Shown in pieces: positions 12,480-25,212 of a DNA stretch of 64,000 nucleotides (its first letter is position 1; each line of letters opens with the position of its first letter). The stretch is taken from contig NC_068988.1 in the NCBI RefSeq assembly GCF_001194135.2, positions 38,769,582-38,833,581 of the forward strand, given 5' to 3'. A program made the translations under genes and the position numbers. Under the pieces are notes generated by a model. That model made no database searches and was not told the DNA's origin. It saw nothing but the letters and a program-made list of their open reading frames with translations. The stretch is from Octopus bimaculoides (Eukaryota).

Positions 12480-13076
12480 CAGGGTGCTAAAAATTTCCTG
12501 GCTTTCATCCTTTAGTATTTAAACTGGCCATATCCAGCCAAAATATTCTATTTGTTTTATGTTCAAACTGGTCAAATACACTCTCTCACACCTACTCTAC
12601 AATATCATACTAAAAGTAAACAAACTCATAATTGAAATCTCAAAGTTACAAGATAATGCATGATTAATTAAAAGCAAAGTGAATAAATAAGCACCTTCCA
12701 AGTTCTTTATGGGGTTTAGGAAAACTGAAGGATAGCTGCAATAAGTGTGTGAATCTGAGAGGGGAATATGTCGAAAAGATTCATGATTAACTAATCCTCC
12801 TGTATTTTCTTTTACCTAAAGCCAGTAACTTTTCAGCACCTCCTTGTATATATGTATTCAAGTGGGTGCTGAAAAGTTCCTGGAATTAAGGGTGTCATGA
12901 AAAGCCTGGTTGGAGGCCTAACCTTCCAAGTTCTTTTACAGGGCCTAGAAAAACTGAAGGACTACTGCAAAAAGTGTGTGAATCTGAGAGGGGAATATGT
13001 TGAATAAAATCATAACTAATCTGATCTTCTTGTATTTTCTTTTACTCAAAGCCAGAAACTTTTCAGCACCTCCCCA
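12480..13076 (+). mobile_element. Tandem pair of mariner-derived MITEs, the first chimeric with a piggyBac-like MITE body
   Basis: TIRs gggtgctgaaaagttcctgg / ccagaaacttttcagcacc, with TA flanks. The interior resembles a mariner transposase C-terminus (...GLEKLKDYCKKCVNLRGEYVE*). Copies at about 12480-12846 and 12859-13076. Confidence 0.75.
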
Positions 13077-15312
13077 TATTTTGATAGTGCAGAGTATTGG
13101 GGAGGTGCAATATAGGCAACAAGCAGGGAGATGAGTGCATCAGGAGTGTCTGAGTGGAGGTCATATCAAAGCAAGCACCTATGATGAGAGAAGGCCATTG
13201 TAGAACAGGAAGAAGGAAGGGAAGTAGTAGCAGTAGCACATTTGCGAACCAGATGTTGGAGTATATTGGAGAGTAACTTCATACCTGTCATTTAATCTTG
13301 TAGTACCTATTGTAAATAACACTTATTGATAATTTTTAGTGTCACAGATTCTAGTCTTATGGGGAAAAACTCCATCAAAATCGAAAGTTTGGACAAGTAA
13401 AAATCCTTTATACTTGAACTTCGTTACATATAAGCAATTATATCTCCTGGTTGTGGCAAGTTTTTGAATGATGCCTTTTGATCTGTTTAATAATTTTTTT
13501 CCCTTGTATATTGGTAAATTTAGGTGATATAGGATTAAACTATTGATTAACTTGTTGTATTTTACTCAGCCCTATTGGGAACACACACACACACACTATG
13601 TATGACTGGCTTTCACACAGTTCTTGTCTACCAAATTAACTCACAAAGGCATTGGTTGACCCTGGACTGTGATAGATTCATAGTAGAAGACAATCAACAT
13701 TGCCATGCAGTAGGATTGAAACCACAACCATGAAGTTTTCAAGCAAACTTCTTAACCACACAACTATACCTCTATACTAAGGTTTCTCAGTTTCTAAAAA
13801 ACGTTCTTTGATAAAAGCTCTGATTAAGTTGGATTGTTGTTCTCGTTATTTAACCCCATGTCAACCCTGATTGAGCAGACCTATGATTAAAGGCATTTTA
13901 ACCCTGAACTGACCATCCTGTCTTTTTCTTTATCTTGTGCCACATCGTATAATGTGTCCTTCCTTTCACAAGAGTATGATTTGAAGATTTTGTTGTTATT
14001 AACATGTTGAGAGACCATATCTGAGACTTCTTTGTTGAGTTGTGTTGTTTTAGTCGAGACCAATGACAGAACAGATCTTTCGTTAGTTGACATAGAAGAT
14101 TATAAAGTGTTGTTGTTGTTGCTGAATAACTTTTATCATGGGTATTTGTGCCAGTGCCACATTAAAAGCACCCAGCACACTGTTAAGTGGTTGGCATTAG
14201 GAAGGGCGTGCAGCTGTAGAAATCAAGCTTAATCAGACTGGAAACTGGTGCATCACTCCCACTGGCCAGCTCTGATCAAACCATCTAACCCAGGACAGCA
14301 TGGAAAATAGACGTTAAAGGATGATGATGATGACGATGATAATGATGATGATTCCTGCTATTACAACCTCATTTGTTTTTTTTAGACATAATGTACACCT
14401 AAGAACAAAATCCAGTGTGTCCTTTTCAAACAGGGTAAGGTGTAGTTTGAGAAAGATCAAGCTGCTATTTCTAGCAGGTTGATTCAGCATGCTGTGGTTC
14501 TCTCCTTGGCTCTCAAAAATAAAGCAGGGAGCAGACTGTTCTGGTGTTGATAGTAGTATAACTGTTAAGTTGTGAAAAGATGGTTAGGTGTTTCAGAAAA
14601 ATCTGGCTGGTATTTCTAGCAAGTTTATTCAGCTTATGCTGGTTCTTTTCTTAGCTAAAAAAAAAAAGAAAAGTGTTTGGAGTGGCAGTAATAGTTATAT
14701 GGTTGTTAAGTTGTGATAAGATAAATGAGCAGCTGCTAACATAAGCCTTATGTAATTAATTATATGTCAAGTTACCTTCGGAACCACTACTCTACATCAA
14801 CAACTACACCAACAACAGTAACTACAACAGCGACAAGCAACTACAACAGGAAGAATAATTCATAAATGTGTATTTAATATTTAAACTCTGACTGTTTCTT
14901 GATTGCCAGTAATTCAAGATGAAAAGATGAAGATTAAACCACATATGAAGATCACTGAATAATCCCCATTTCCCAGTGTCTAGTTGAAACAACAATAACA
15001 ATGAATTAATGATGGAGCCTGTATGTTGTTTGTTGATTGCTTGACTTGCAGCAAATAGTAGCTAGATATCCCTCAAAAAATTGCCCAATACCATCTTGTA
15101 AAAATGGAAAGAAAAAAAAATACTAGATAAAGTAATCATAGAGTCCTAGATATGTTTTGTCTGAGAATAATTTGGGATAGCCTTGAAATGAATTTCACTG
15201 ACCTGGAGCTAAACAGAAAGAGAATTTAGTCCTTTTGCTACCCAATCACTGACTCAAGACCACTTCTGGTTCTGTTGTTGAAAATAGTCAGTTAAAATGT
15301 TCATTTTTAAAT

Positions 15313-15533
15313 TTAACCCATTAGCATTTAAACCAGCCATATCTGACCAAATCTACATTTTTTATCATCAAACCAGCTAGACTAGCCTCTCACACTTCCC
15401 CTACAATGTTATTCTAAAAATAAACAACTACATCATTGAAATCTTAAAGCCACAAGATATGCATGATTAATTCAAACAATGAGAATAGATAAGCTTTACA
15501 TTTCACAAAGAAATCTAAATGCTAAAAGGTTAA
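15313..15533 (+). mobile_element. piggyBac-like MITE
   Basis: TTAA at 15313-15316 and 15530-15533; same body as 7829-8048. Confidence 0.85.
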
Positions 15534-15564
15534 GCCCTTTGTTGTGATTTTACGTAAGGTCCTT

Positions 15565-16024
15565 TTAACCCTTTTATTACCAAATTTTTATTAATGTATA
15601 CTGCCTTTGTTTCAATTTTATTTTGAAAGTAATGAAGAATTTGGTAAAACACCTTGTCATTATTAAGCTGGTGTTTAAGGCAGTGAGCTGACAGAATTGT
15701 TAGCAGGCCAGACAAAATGCTTAGCAGCATTTTTTCCATCTTTACATTCTGAGTTTAAATTCTGTTGAGGTTGACTTTGCTTTTGTCCTTTTGGGGTCGA
15801 TAAAATAAGTAGCAGTCAAATACTGGGGTCAATATGATTGACTCTCCCCCTCCCCACTAATTCCAGGCGTTATGCCTATAGTAGAAAGGATTATTAAGTT
15901 GGTGTTTGGGCCACAAATTAACACAAACTTTTGGTGGAAGATTTCGATCTAGATTATTTAAAACAAGGAGTTTGTGTCATGGAACTAGGGGCAGTTTCAG
16001 GTAAACTGGCTTCAAAAGGATTAA
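15565..16024 (+). mobile_element. Second piggyBac-like MITE family, interrupted by a full-length SINE B
   Basis: TTAA-cccttttatt ... caaaagga-TTAA. SINE B (15677-15891) is flanked by a 16 bp TSD, tattaagctggtgttt (15661-15676) / tattaagttggtgttt (15892-15907). Confidence 0.85.
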
Positions 16025-16180
16025 GCAATGTTTTAAATACCAGTTCAACCCCTTTAATACCAACTTGTCTGAGATTGGCCTTACTTAGATGTAAATGTTT
16101 AGATTAAAATCTCTCTTAAAATCTCATAAGAACATGAATGATAACATGAAATTTCAGCTGATCAACGTAACATAAAAATA

Positions 16181-17304
16181 TTGGGTCATCCCATAAATAA
16201 TGCAGTATTTTTTCAATTGCATGAACTAAAAATCGGAGTGGGATTGGATAAACTACCTGCATCAACTTGCTATAAAAGCAGGTAGTAATTTTACCTGGTC
16301 CTTATTCTTAGTGCAAGTTTTGAAGGGTGCAGTTTGATTTTAACAGTTATTTTTTCAAAGCTATAATGGAAGTGACAGAGGAGCATATTTGGCATATTTT
16401 AATTTATGAGTTTAATAAAGGCAATGGGAAGTGCAAGGAATATTAATGCAGTATATGGGGATCGGGCAATAAGTGTAAGCCCAGTGTCAATGGTGGTTCC
16501 AGAAATTTTGAGCCGGAATCTACAGCCTAGAAGACGAACCTCATCCTGGAAGATCTACAGATCTGCAAATCTTGGTGGAACAAAATCCCATTGTAACTGT
16601 TGAGGAACTAACAGAGAAACTTGGATTTGGTCATTCAACCATTCATTGATACCTGCATGCCATCGGAAAAGTCAGTAAATTAGGTTAATGGGTTCCTCAC
16701 AAACTTTCTGAGTCTAATCGCACACAAAGAGTGAATATGTGCTCTTCTTTGTTGTCTCCTGTCACAAATGAACCATTTTTCGACCGAATAGTGACTGGTG
16801 ACAAGACATGGGTTCTCTATAAAAATGTCAAATGCCAAAGACAGTGGGTAGGGAAAGGAGAAACACTGGTACCCCAGGCTAAAAAAGGTCTTCACCCATG
16901 TAAGGTGCTGTTATCTGTTTGGTGGGATATGAAAGATTTAGTCCACTTTGAACTTTTAAACCCCAACCAAATGATAACAAAGGAGATCTACTGTGAGCAG
17001 CTCCACCCACCATATTTGCTGGACATTGCCCCATCTGATTATCATCTATTCTATAGTTTTCAAAATCGTTTGGATGGAAAAAATATGAATTCTGTAGACG
17101 AGGTCAGAACAGTACTGAGGGAGTATTTTTCGCCACAGACAAGTGAATTTTGGAAGCGGGGCATTGCAAGTCTACCAGATAGATGGAAGAGCATTGCAGA
17201 AAATGAAGGAGAGTATATTTTAGATTAAAAAATAACTTTGTTTATCTTAATTTTGAAAAATAGAAGAAGTTTAGAAAAGCCACATTATTTATGGGATGAC
17301 CCAA
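16181..17304 (+). mobile_element. Mariner DNA transposon, defective (internal deletion, frameshifts)
   Basis: Perfect 22 bp TIR TTGGGTCATCCCATAAATAATG with TA TSD. Transposase relic 16366-17228 shows MEVTEEHI..YEF, WVPHKL, IVTGD, KVLLSVWWD, DIAPSDYHLF and EGEYILD*. The HQDNARPH segment is missing at the 17003/17004 junction. Confidence 0.95.
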
Positions 17305-17339
17305 TATGTAGCAATATATAACCTTACAGATATTTTATT

Positions 17340-17640
17340 AATCCCTGCCTTCAAAATATTGGTAATACTGAAAATTAATTGCAACGCAGTCAGTATATTC
17401 ATTAGAAGCATAGTCACAAAAGGGTTTATTGATTACTAAAATACCCACCAAAATATTGACAATATTGAAAATTAATTGAAACATAATCAGAATGCTCATT
17501 AGAAATATGGCCGCGAAAGGCTAATAATGACAAAGTTATTGATTTTACTAAATCCTTTCCAAATTCTTGATTGTTCTCATAATTAATTGGAACTCATAAG
17601 CAGTGTATTTCATTAGAAATATGGCTGCAAAAGAGTTAAT
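17340..17640 (+). repeat. Three diverged ~100 bp tandem units resembling a MITE right end
   Basis: Each unit contains aattaattg...cattagaa(a/g)...aaag(g/a)g(t/c)t, and the last unit ends in TTAA. Confidence 0.6.
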
Positions 17641-17944
17641 TGATGAATTTATAGAACACAGGAAAAGACTTGATGTATTTCCATTAAATGATCTGACTGA
17701 CGGAGTACTGACATGAAGGTCATCACTTTTGGACTCTCTCAGTAGAATGGTCAGGTTAAACAGAGCCCAATAACAATTAGTGAAGCAACAATTAGTGAAC
17801 TAACAGTTAATAAACTAGTAATTATTGTTGCTCTGCTAATTAGACTGTTTAGTTAATAAGTGTGCACCTGTTGCAAGCATTTGAACCAGCTCACCTATTT
17901 GTGGATAACTTGATACCATTGCATTTTCTTCCTACCACAGACAG

Positions 17945-18023
17945 ACCTGATGTCCCTAGAAATAGCAACCTGATGTCCCTAGAAATAACAACCTGATGTC
18001 CCTAGAAATAGCAACCTGATGTC
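17945..18023. repeat. 23 bp minisatellite, 3.4 copies
   Basis: Unit acctgatgtccctagaaatagca at 17945, 17968, 17991 and (partial) 18014. Confidence 0.95.
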
Positions 18024-18107
18024 TCTCAAATTGCATCTTAACCCTACTGTCTTAAAAATATAGGAATATATTGGATAATATTATCCAGAACAGAAAACCA
18101 TAAAAAA

Positions 18108-18498
18108 GGCTGTGTGTTAAGAAGCTTGCTTCCCAACCACATCATTCTGAGTTCAATCCCATTGCATGGCACTTTGGGCAAATGTTTTCTTCTAAAGCTT
18201 CTGGCTGACCAAAGCTTTGTGAGTGGAATTGGTAGATGAAAACTGAAAGAAGCTTGTCATATATATGTGTATGTATGTGTGTGTGTCTTTGTGTCCGTGT
18301 TTGTCCCCTACCACTGCTTGGCAACCGGTGCTGGTGCGTGTTTACATCCCTGTAACTTAGTGGTTCAGCATAGGGACTGATAGAATAAGTACCAAGCTTA
18401 ACACACAAAAAAAAGTACTGGGGACAATTCATTCAACTAAAAGTTCTTCAAAGTGGTGCCCCAGAATGGCCACAGTCTAATGACTAAAACAAGTAAAA
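18108..18498 (+). mobile_element. SINE family A, full length (octopus OR/OK-like SINE, name tentative)
   Basis: ggctgtgtg(g/t)taagaagcttgcttcccaacc...ccttgggcaagtgtcttc...internal microsatellite...gatagaataagtacc...tgactgaaac. Further copies lie near 6063, 13575(-), 20085, 36500(-), 36777, 38783, 41488, 44780(-), 46340, 54000, 60441 and 63815(-). Confidence 0.85.
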
Positions 18499-21109
18499 CT
18501 TCATAACTAACCTAGAATTGAACATCAACGACCGACCCATGAGTCATGGTTTCTTCCTCTCTTTCACATCACCAGTCTTGGAAACATTATTAAAAATCCC
18601 AACACTTCCTTTTCTCCTTCCTAAAAATAGAATTGGTGAGCTTCTATGTGGTAACTCACTCAATTAAAAATAGCATCCAAATGTCCCTCAAAGTTTATCC
18701 TAACCTTACTGATTAAGCCATAGAAATTGGTATAGTGGTTGCAGGTATGGCCATATAGTTCAGAGTTTCACTGACTGACAACATGGTTCTTGGTTCCATC
18801 ACACTGTCTTGCACTTAGGGGTCTATGTTTTCTACAGTAGCTCCAAAGTGCTCAGTACTTTGTCAGGAAAATTTTATGTTTGGGAGACAGATGCTATACA
18901 AAAGCCTGTCTTGTGCATGCGTGCACGTATGTGTGTGTGTGCGTGTCTATTGCCAATGTATATTGCTGAAATTTGGGCACTTGGAAAAGACTGGATAAAC
19001 CAGTGCTCCATGAAAGAAGTTACTTGAGGTATTTGTTCTGCATTGAGTCAGACACTGCTCCTTTCTCATTCTTGTCATTAGAAATGCAGAGAACTTGCGA
19101 CTGCCTGGTTGGAACAATTTAATCAACAATGCTATTGTTCAGTAAAAATTAACAACACCATTATCTGCACTGAATGCAAAACATGCAACAGGTGTTCCAC
19201 AATATGAATGCGTGTGAGTGTGTGTGTGTTTGTGTGTGTGTGCGTGTGTGTGCATGTGTGTGTCTACAGCAAAACACCTGTATCTAACTCACTATCATGG
19301 TTTAACCTCTCATCACCTGGCACTAAGCCCCCTCCTTCAATACTACTCCCCTTCTCATTTAAGAGGGATCTTTGTTTTGCAAGGTACTTGGTAACATCAC
19401 CAGTGCTGGTGCCATGAAAAAAGCACCCAGTAGACTCTGTGAAACTGTAAAAATCATGCCAAAGCTAACAAAAGAACTCGGTACAGTCCTCAAAACATCG
19501 AACCTGTGTCAGCATGGAAAACAGGCATTAAATGATGATGGTGGTGCTGGTGTTGGTGATTGTGTGTGTGTTTTACCTTGTGTACATGCATTCATCATAC
19601 TCATAGCAACCAATGAGGCCAGCACTGTTTGCTTGCTTCCTGGTTATTCAGGAATCAGGATGAAAGATTTGATTGTTGTTAAAAAAATTAGCTGTCAAAT
19701 CTTTTTCCAAATCATACCTTATCATCATTAAACAATATGGAAGAGTATACTGGACAATGATAATCTGCAAACAACTCAAAAGTGGAATAAATCAGTTTGC
19801 TGATTTAGAAGTAAAAATAAAACCTAATGTTTATCCTCAGAGAGGATACCATTTTCTTCAGAGAAAGACCTTATTCTCAAATGAGTTTTGCTGTCTAAAA
19901 CTTTAAACCTTTCTACTTTCCTATAGCAAGATTCACTTTCGAATTGTTTGTACTCAGTAATTGCCAATACAGGCCATCACTAGTTTTCACTAGTTTCCAT
20001 GGGTCTTACTGTTTACTTTATAGGATAATGTAATGTAAGATAAACTTATTCTAAAATCACAGGATGGTGATGGTGGCAGGCATGACTGTGTGTTTGTTTA
20101 AGAAGATCACTTTTCAGCTACATGGTTACGTGGTTTCAGGTTCACTCCTACTGTATGGCACCTAGGGCAAGTGTCTTCTACTATTGCCCAGGGCCAACCA
20201 ATGCTTTGTGAGTGCATTTGGTAAATAGAAGCTGTGAGGAAACCCATCATGTGTGTGTGTGTGTGTTTATGTTTTCATAATTTCTTTTGAAGTTAGTGGC
20301 TGGATGGTAAAAATATTTTGTGAAGGATTATAAATTCAGCCAGACTAAAGCAAAAATGTGACATGAGACATTTTTCTTGCAGTAGAGTGAATGTTTCTTA
20401 ATCAATTCATATTCAACTCTGGTCAATAAATTCATTTAGTCTTGACAAACTATATTGACCTCTGTAAAATGTATATAGACTATGTGTTGGTTTGTTTATG
20501 CCCCCCCCCCTAGCTTAGTGGTTTGGTAATAGTGATCAGTAGAATGAACTCCAAATTTAACAATGATCACTGGGGTTGATTTGTTTTACTAAACCCTTCA
20601 AGGTGATACCCCAGCATTGCTGCTGTCCAATGACTGAAACAAGATGTGTGACTTAGAAATAGTGAAGAATTATAAATCTGAAATAAATAAAAACATGGAA
20701 TGATAATTAAGAGGGTTTTATTTAACTTTTCCACACGTCAGTAAATCAGTTTATCTCTATCAACAGCTATGAAATGTAGATATATGAGGTTTTAATTTTG
20801 ACATGAAAGATAAAAACACAGAAAATGCATACTGTATTTTCCAGCATACTGCAGTTTTTCAGACTAAAATTTACTGTCAAAACAGTTAGGTCAATTTGTA
20901 CACCAAAATGGCTTTGGAGGACCAAAAGTTCCATGTGAAATGCAACAAGATTTGGAAAGATAGTGATGATGTTTGAATATTTACATTACTTACTATGTTG
21001 ACTTGTATCTCAAAATACAGTATGTTGGATATACTTGAAAAGTGTGACTATCTTGTTGCTGTGATTTTATATTGTTTCAGCTATGTTTGTTGTGACTAAT
21101 TAGTACTTT

Positions 21110-21590
21110 CACTGTGCCAATCAGTCCACTATTACCTAGTACTTTTTGGAGGCTACATTGACTGGGACCACCACTCTAGACTGCACATCTTCCAACCACT
21201 GCAAATAATTGGAAACTCCTTTCCTTTTAAGCCATTCTTGTAAAGACCTGTTGAGCCCACCTACCTCAGCAACCAAAGATGCAGTACCAGATTGCAGAGT
21301 TCTAGTCAATGCAACAAAACGTTCCAGTAGTCACAGTGCTGCTGGCTGTGATCTTGGCAGAGATAGTCACAACATATTTAAGTAGCAGTTGGCAGCTTAC
21401 CAGCCATAAAATTATCAATTTGGATACAGTTTTTACCAGCAACTCTGATACTGCTATACAGTACTATGACCAGCTTGACAAACATGCTGCCTATTAGAAC
21501 TGTGATCAAGTTCACTCAGGAACTACCGTGAACTCATCAGATTTCCTTTTATCAACATCTGAGATTATTGGCCTCTCCCTGACCAACAAT
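21110..21590 (+). mobile_element. Possible very old CR1/L2-type LINE fragment (endonuclease-RT linker)
   Basis: Fragmentary peptides GGYIDW, LGRDSH and TAIQYYDQLDKHAAY resemble the GDFN..IDW, LG.SDH and LLDKHAP motifs. Heavily decayed. Confidence 0.4.
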
Positions 21591-21596
21591 TTCTAC

Positions 21597-21790
21597 CAGT
21601 GGTTCTAAACTTTTCTACCACTATGTATACTTTCTTGCTCACAGATTATCTCTTTATAGACATTTATTTGTATATATTCAATAGTACTACCTTAGGATGA
21701 CTTGAGATGGGATAGGATTATTGTTATGATTAGAGTCAGAGTTTAGAGTTAGGGTTAGGGATTAGGGTTGACCACATACTAAAGTGGTAC
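21597..21790 (+). mobile_element. Partial hAT-like MITE end followed by telomere-like TTAGGG hexamers
   Basis: Starts cagtggttctaaac; ttagagttagggttagggattagggtt at 21743-21769. No matching right TIR was seen. Confidence 0.45.
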
Positions 21791-23114
21791 CCTATATTCA
21801 CTTCTTTTCACTATATTGTAACATTTATCTTATTAGGATGTCTGTTACATGCTTCTTTTTTTTGTTATTTTTCATGTAAAAAAAAAAATGAAGCCTTATA
21901 TTCTGTACACATTTTATAGTGGTTGATATAATTTGCCAAAACTAAATAAATTTTTTGACCAGACTTGAATATGAATTGATTAAGAAACATTCACTCTATT
22001 GCAAGAAAAATGTATCATGTCACAATTTTTGTTTCAGTCTGGTTGAATTTACAATCCTTCACAAGACATTTTTACCCCGCAGCCACTAACTTCAAAAGAA
22101 GTTATGAAAATGCATAAGCACTAGCTCTATTGACAAAACAAGAAAATACATAAGATATCATGTTTGATCAAAGACATTCTAACTTTAACTACACTTTTTT
22201 TTTCCTAGTTCCCAGGAACACATCAACCATGTAATTTCTCTTTTGAAGAAAGTATAAGCAGGATCTGATTTGACTAAGATTTGGTTCTATTTCTGACAGG
22301 TAAATTGGTAGATTCCTTAGATTAAGCCCTATTTTTGACAAACTGAGCATAGGACAAAACAAATGCTTTGTAATATTTCTTTTGGCATTTGGTGCTCAGA
22401 ATTCAGATCTGGCAAGGGTAAACTTTGCTGTCTACCATTTGCAGAGTAGATAAACTAAGGTACCAGTCCAGGGCAATGAATTGGCACAAATGTTGGCTGA
22501 GATACCCTACAGTGTTTGTTTGTTCTGGCTCTTTGCATTCTTGCCTGGATTTAGCACCAACACCTGGTCCTTAGTAGGGTTTACTCAAGGCAAGAGTAAC
22601 CTTTTTTGAGATATGGGCCACTTGAGACATAGCTCATTATCAAGCAGGCTGCACTACTAAAAATACCCAAGATAATTTTTCACGGGATGTGCCATTCAGA
22701 AAGTGCCATAGGCTGCAGTTTAGCTGTGACTGGTTTACTCAGTTGTAGGTATTTGGTTTGGGGTTATCTCCCACCTCACTGCACAAAACCTCAGAAGACT
22801 TTAAAAAAAAGGTATTATGAATGCTGTTCTTTTGTATGTGAGTAGTAAAGATTAAAGATCAAGGGAGCTCATGGAGTTTCCTTTGTTGTTCAAAATTAAG
22901 ATTAACTTTATTAGTGAGTATAGCATGCATAGGATAAGCAGTTGAGCATCTGATAGACAACAACACAAAACCAATAACATTGGGAGAAAGAAAAGGTTAA
23001 AAAAGTATGAAAATGGATGAAAATTTAAAAAGAAGAGGGAAAAAGAAATTACTTTAGTGATGATTGATTGTTGCTAAACAAGTAGTCAGTGCTGTGACAA
23101 GCCAATAATCCTGA

Positions 23115-23300
23115 AATTTGGGGAAAGGGGATGAGCTGATTACATCAACCCTAGTGTGTAACTGGTACTTAATTTATCGACCCCGAAAGGATGAAAGGCA
23201 AAGTTGACCCCAGCAGCATTCGAGCTCAGAATGTGAAGACAGATGAAATACCGCTAAGCGTTTCGCTCCACATACTAATAATTCTGCCAGCTCACCGCCT
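23115..23300 (-). mobile_element. SINE family B copy with CpGs retained
   Basis: atcgaccccgaaaggatgaaaggc...cattcgagctcag...accgctaagcgtttcgc. Confidence 0.85.
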
Positions 23301-24025
23301 TTGCGACAAGCCAATAATGTAGCATCCATGCCAGAGCCTGGGAACTTTTTCAGTTTTGGTAACCAGGGCTGGGAATCCCAAGTTTTTCTGCACTTATCAA
23401 TTTGACTCCAGTTGTACCATTAAGTACATAAGAATGTGTAGAGCTACGTCTGGCCTGAGAGAAATGACGATCACACTAAGCGTCATTATTTAAAAAGTTA
23501 TAATGAATTAATTAGATGGTTATAATACTTAGGATACCTCTATGGAGTATTGGAAGCAACCTTTTCTTAGTAAATATAGATTTAGAGGCTTAAGTAATTT
23601 AGTTTCCTGTTTATCATATGACTTAAGGGAGAACTTCATCAGTGAGTAGACCCTATTGTAGAAATCGGGTTATCCACTCAAAATTTCTTCACTCTTAACT
23701 GTGGAAAGCAGTTTTATATAAGAATCTATTTTTGTTGGAAAAAATGTCATGTTTGAAACTATTTTTTGTTGAGATATGTGAAGTTTGTTGAGGCAGCATG
23801 ACTTGCAGAAAATACCAATTCTATTTTTTGGTAGATATTTAGCACCATTACTGGAATAACCATGAAATTTAATTTCACAGTTGAAGGGATAAATTTTAAT
23901 GAGGGCGAAATTTTCCATGGGACCGAGGATTTCCACATCATATCATTTGACCTATTAGAAATAACAACAAAGTTACTCATGTCACACCTCACCATTTTAA
24001 GAAAAAAAAAAGGACATATCTAGAT

Positions 24026-24310
24026 CAGGGGTTTTCAAACTTTTTGACTTGCAGACCCATTTATATTTCAGGCTTTACCCTTATAAACGCTTATGAAATT
24101 TATACATAAATATTTGCTTAAAATAACACATTTTTACATTTATTTATTTAACAGTATTTAACAAAATAGGTTTATTGTCAATTAAAAGATTTCGATCAAA
24201 AAACATATATAAAATCAAATTGCCCATAAAAAGTATTTGCTGTCCACAGACTCCCTGTCTTGTCCTTGTGGACCCCCTGTGGTCTGCGGATCACAGTTTG
24301 AAAACCCCTG
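24026..24310. mobile_element. hAT (Charlie/Buster-type) MITE, 285 bp
   Basis: Perfect 16 bp TIR CAGGGGTTTTCAAACT, with 8 bp TSD atctagat / atttagat (central TA). Confidence 0.92.
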
Positions 24311-24324
24311 ATTTAGATGATAGT

Positions 24325-24520
24325 TTCAAATTTTGGCACAGGGCCAGCAGTTTTTGGGGAGAAGGGGCAAATCCTTTAACAGCGACCCTAGTACTTGAAT
24401 AATATTTATTTTTATCGATCCCGACGGAATGAAAGGCAAGATTGACCTCATCGGAATTTTGAACTCAGAACATAAAAACGGACGAAATGCCACTAAGCAT
24501 TTTGTCCGATGTGCTTGCCA
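24325..24520 (-). mobile_element. SINE family B copy with CpGs retained
   Basis: tatcgatcccgacggaatgaaaggc...gaactcagaac...aacggacgaaatgcc. Confidence 0.85.
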
Positions 24521-25028
24521 CCTTATGTACATATTTATATAATGCAATGCTAAGATATTCCTAAAATATGGGCTATTTACGATCATAGGGCTACTCGCTC
24601 AAAGTTGACTTGGGGGCTTAACGACAGCGACGACCACGATAGTACCATGATAATCTAAAAAGCATTATTCGTATTAGCACAAGGCTGCCGTTGAGTTGAT
24701 TGAAATGAAGCCATTACATTATCTGTTAGTAAGTTTATTGACTACGCGTAGGAATCGAACTAGTAATGTGAAGAGCTGAAATGAAATGCTGAAAGGTATT
24801 CAGTCCATCATTAACTTTTCTCCTCCAACTAGGAAGCCTCTATGTGATTTACTTTATCTGCTAGAAATTGCAGTCAAGGTTTCCTTTACATCAAAGACAA
24901 CTCCTCTGAGAAAGGAAGGACACATTAAGTAAACATGAGGCAAATAATTAAAGCTGAATGAAGCTAAACAACTACAAATGCATAGCTGTCATGATGCTCT
25001 GTTCCACACGTATGTTGTGTGACAGACT

Positions 25029-25040
25029 GTGTGCGTGTGC

Positions 25041-25072
<32 letters not shown>

Positions 25073-25137
25073 AAGATAGATAGCTAGATAGAGAGAATGT
25101 GGGAGAGAAAGAAAAGATAGGTAGAAAGAGAGAAAGG

Positions 25138-25173
<36 letters not shown>

Positions 25174-25212
25174 AAGAGATAGATAAATAGAGAGAGAGAG
25201 AGGGAGGGAGGG
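25029..25212. repeat. Compound (GT)(GA)(GATA) microsatellite
   Basis: Directly visible. Confidence 0.95.

Noticed and set aside
17945-18023. CRISPR-like 23 bp repeats
   Set aside because: The units are contiguous with no spacers, there are no cas genes, and the context is eukaryotic.
19673-19906. 77 aa ORF (GINQFADLEVKIKPNVYP)
   Set aside because: Only a vague resemblance to LTR-element pol linkers, with no supporting motifs.
23670-24022. Overlapping 60-90 codon open frames on both strands
   Set aside because: No recognisable homology, and no consistent pair of splice sites with an open frame.
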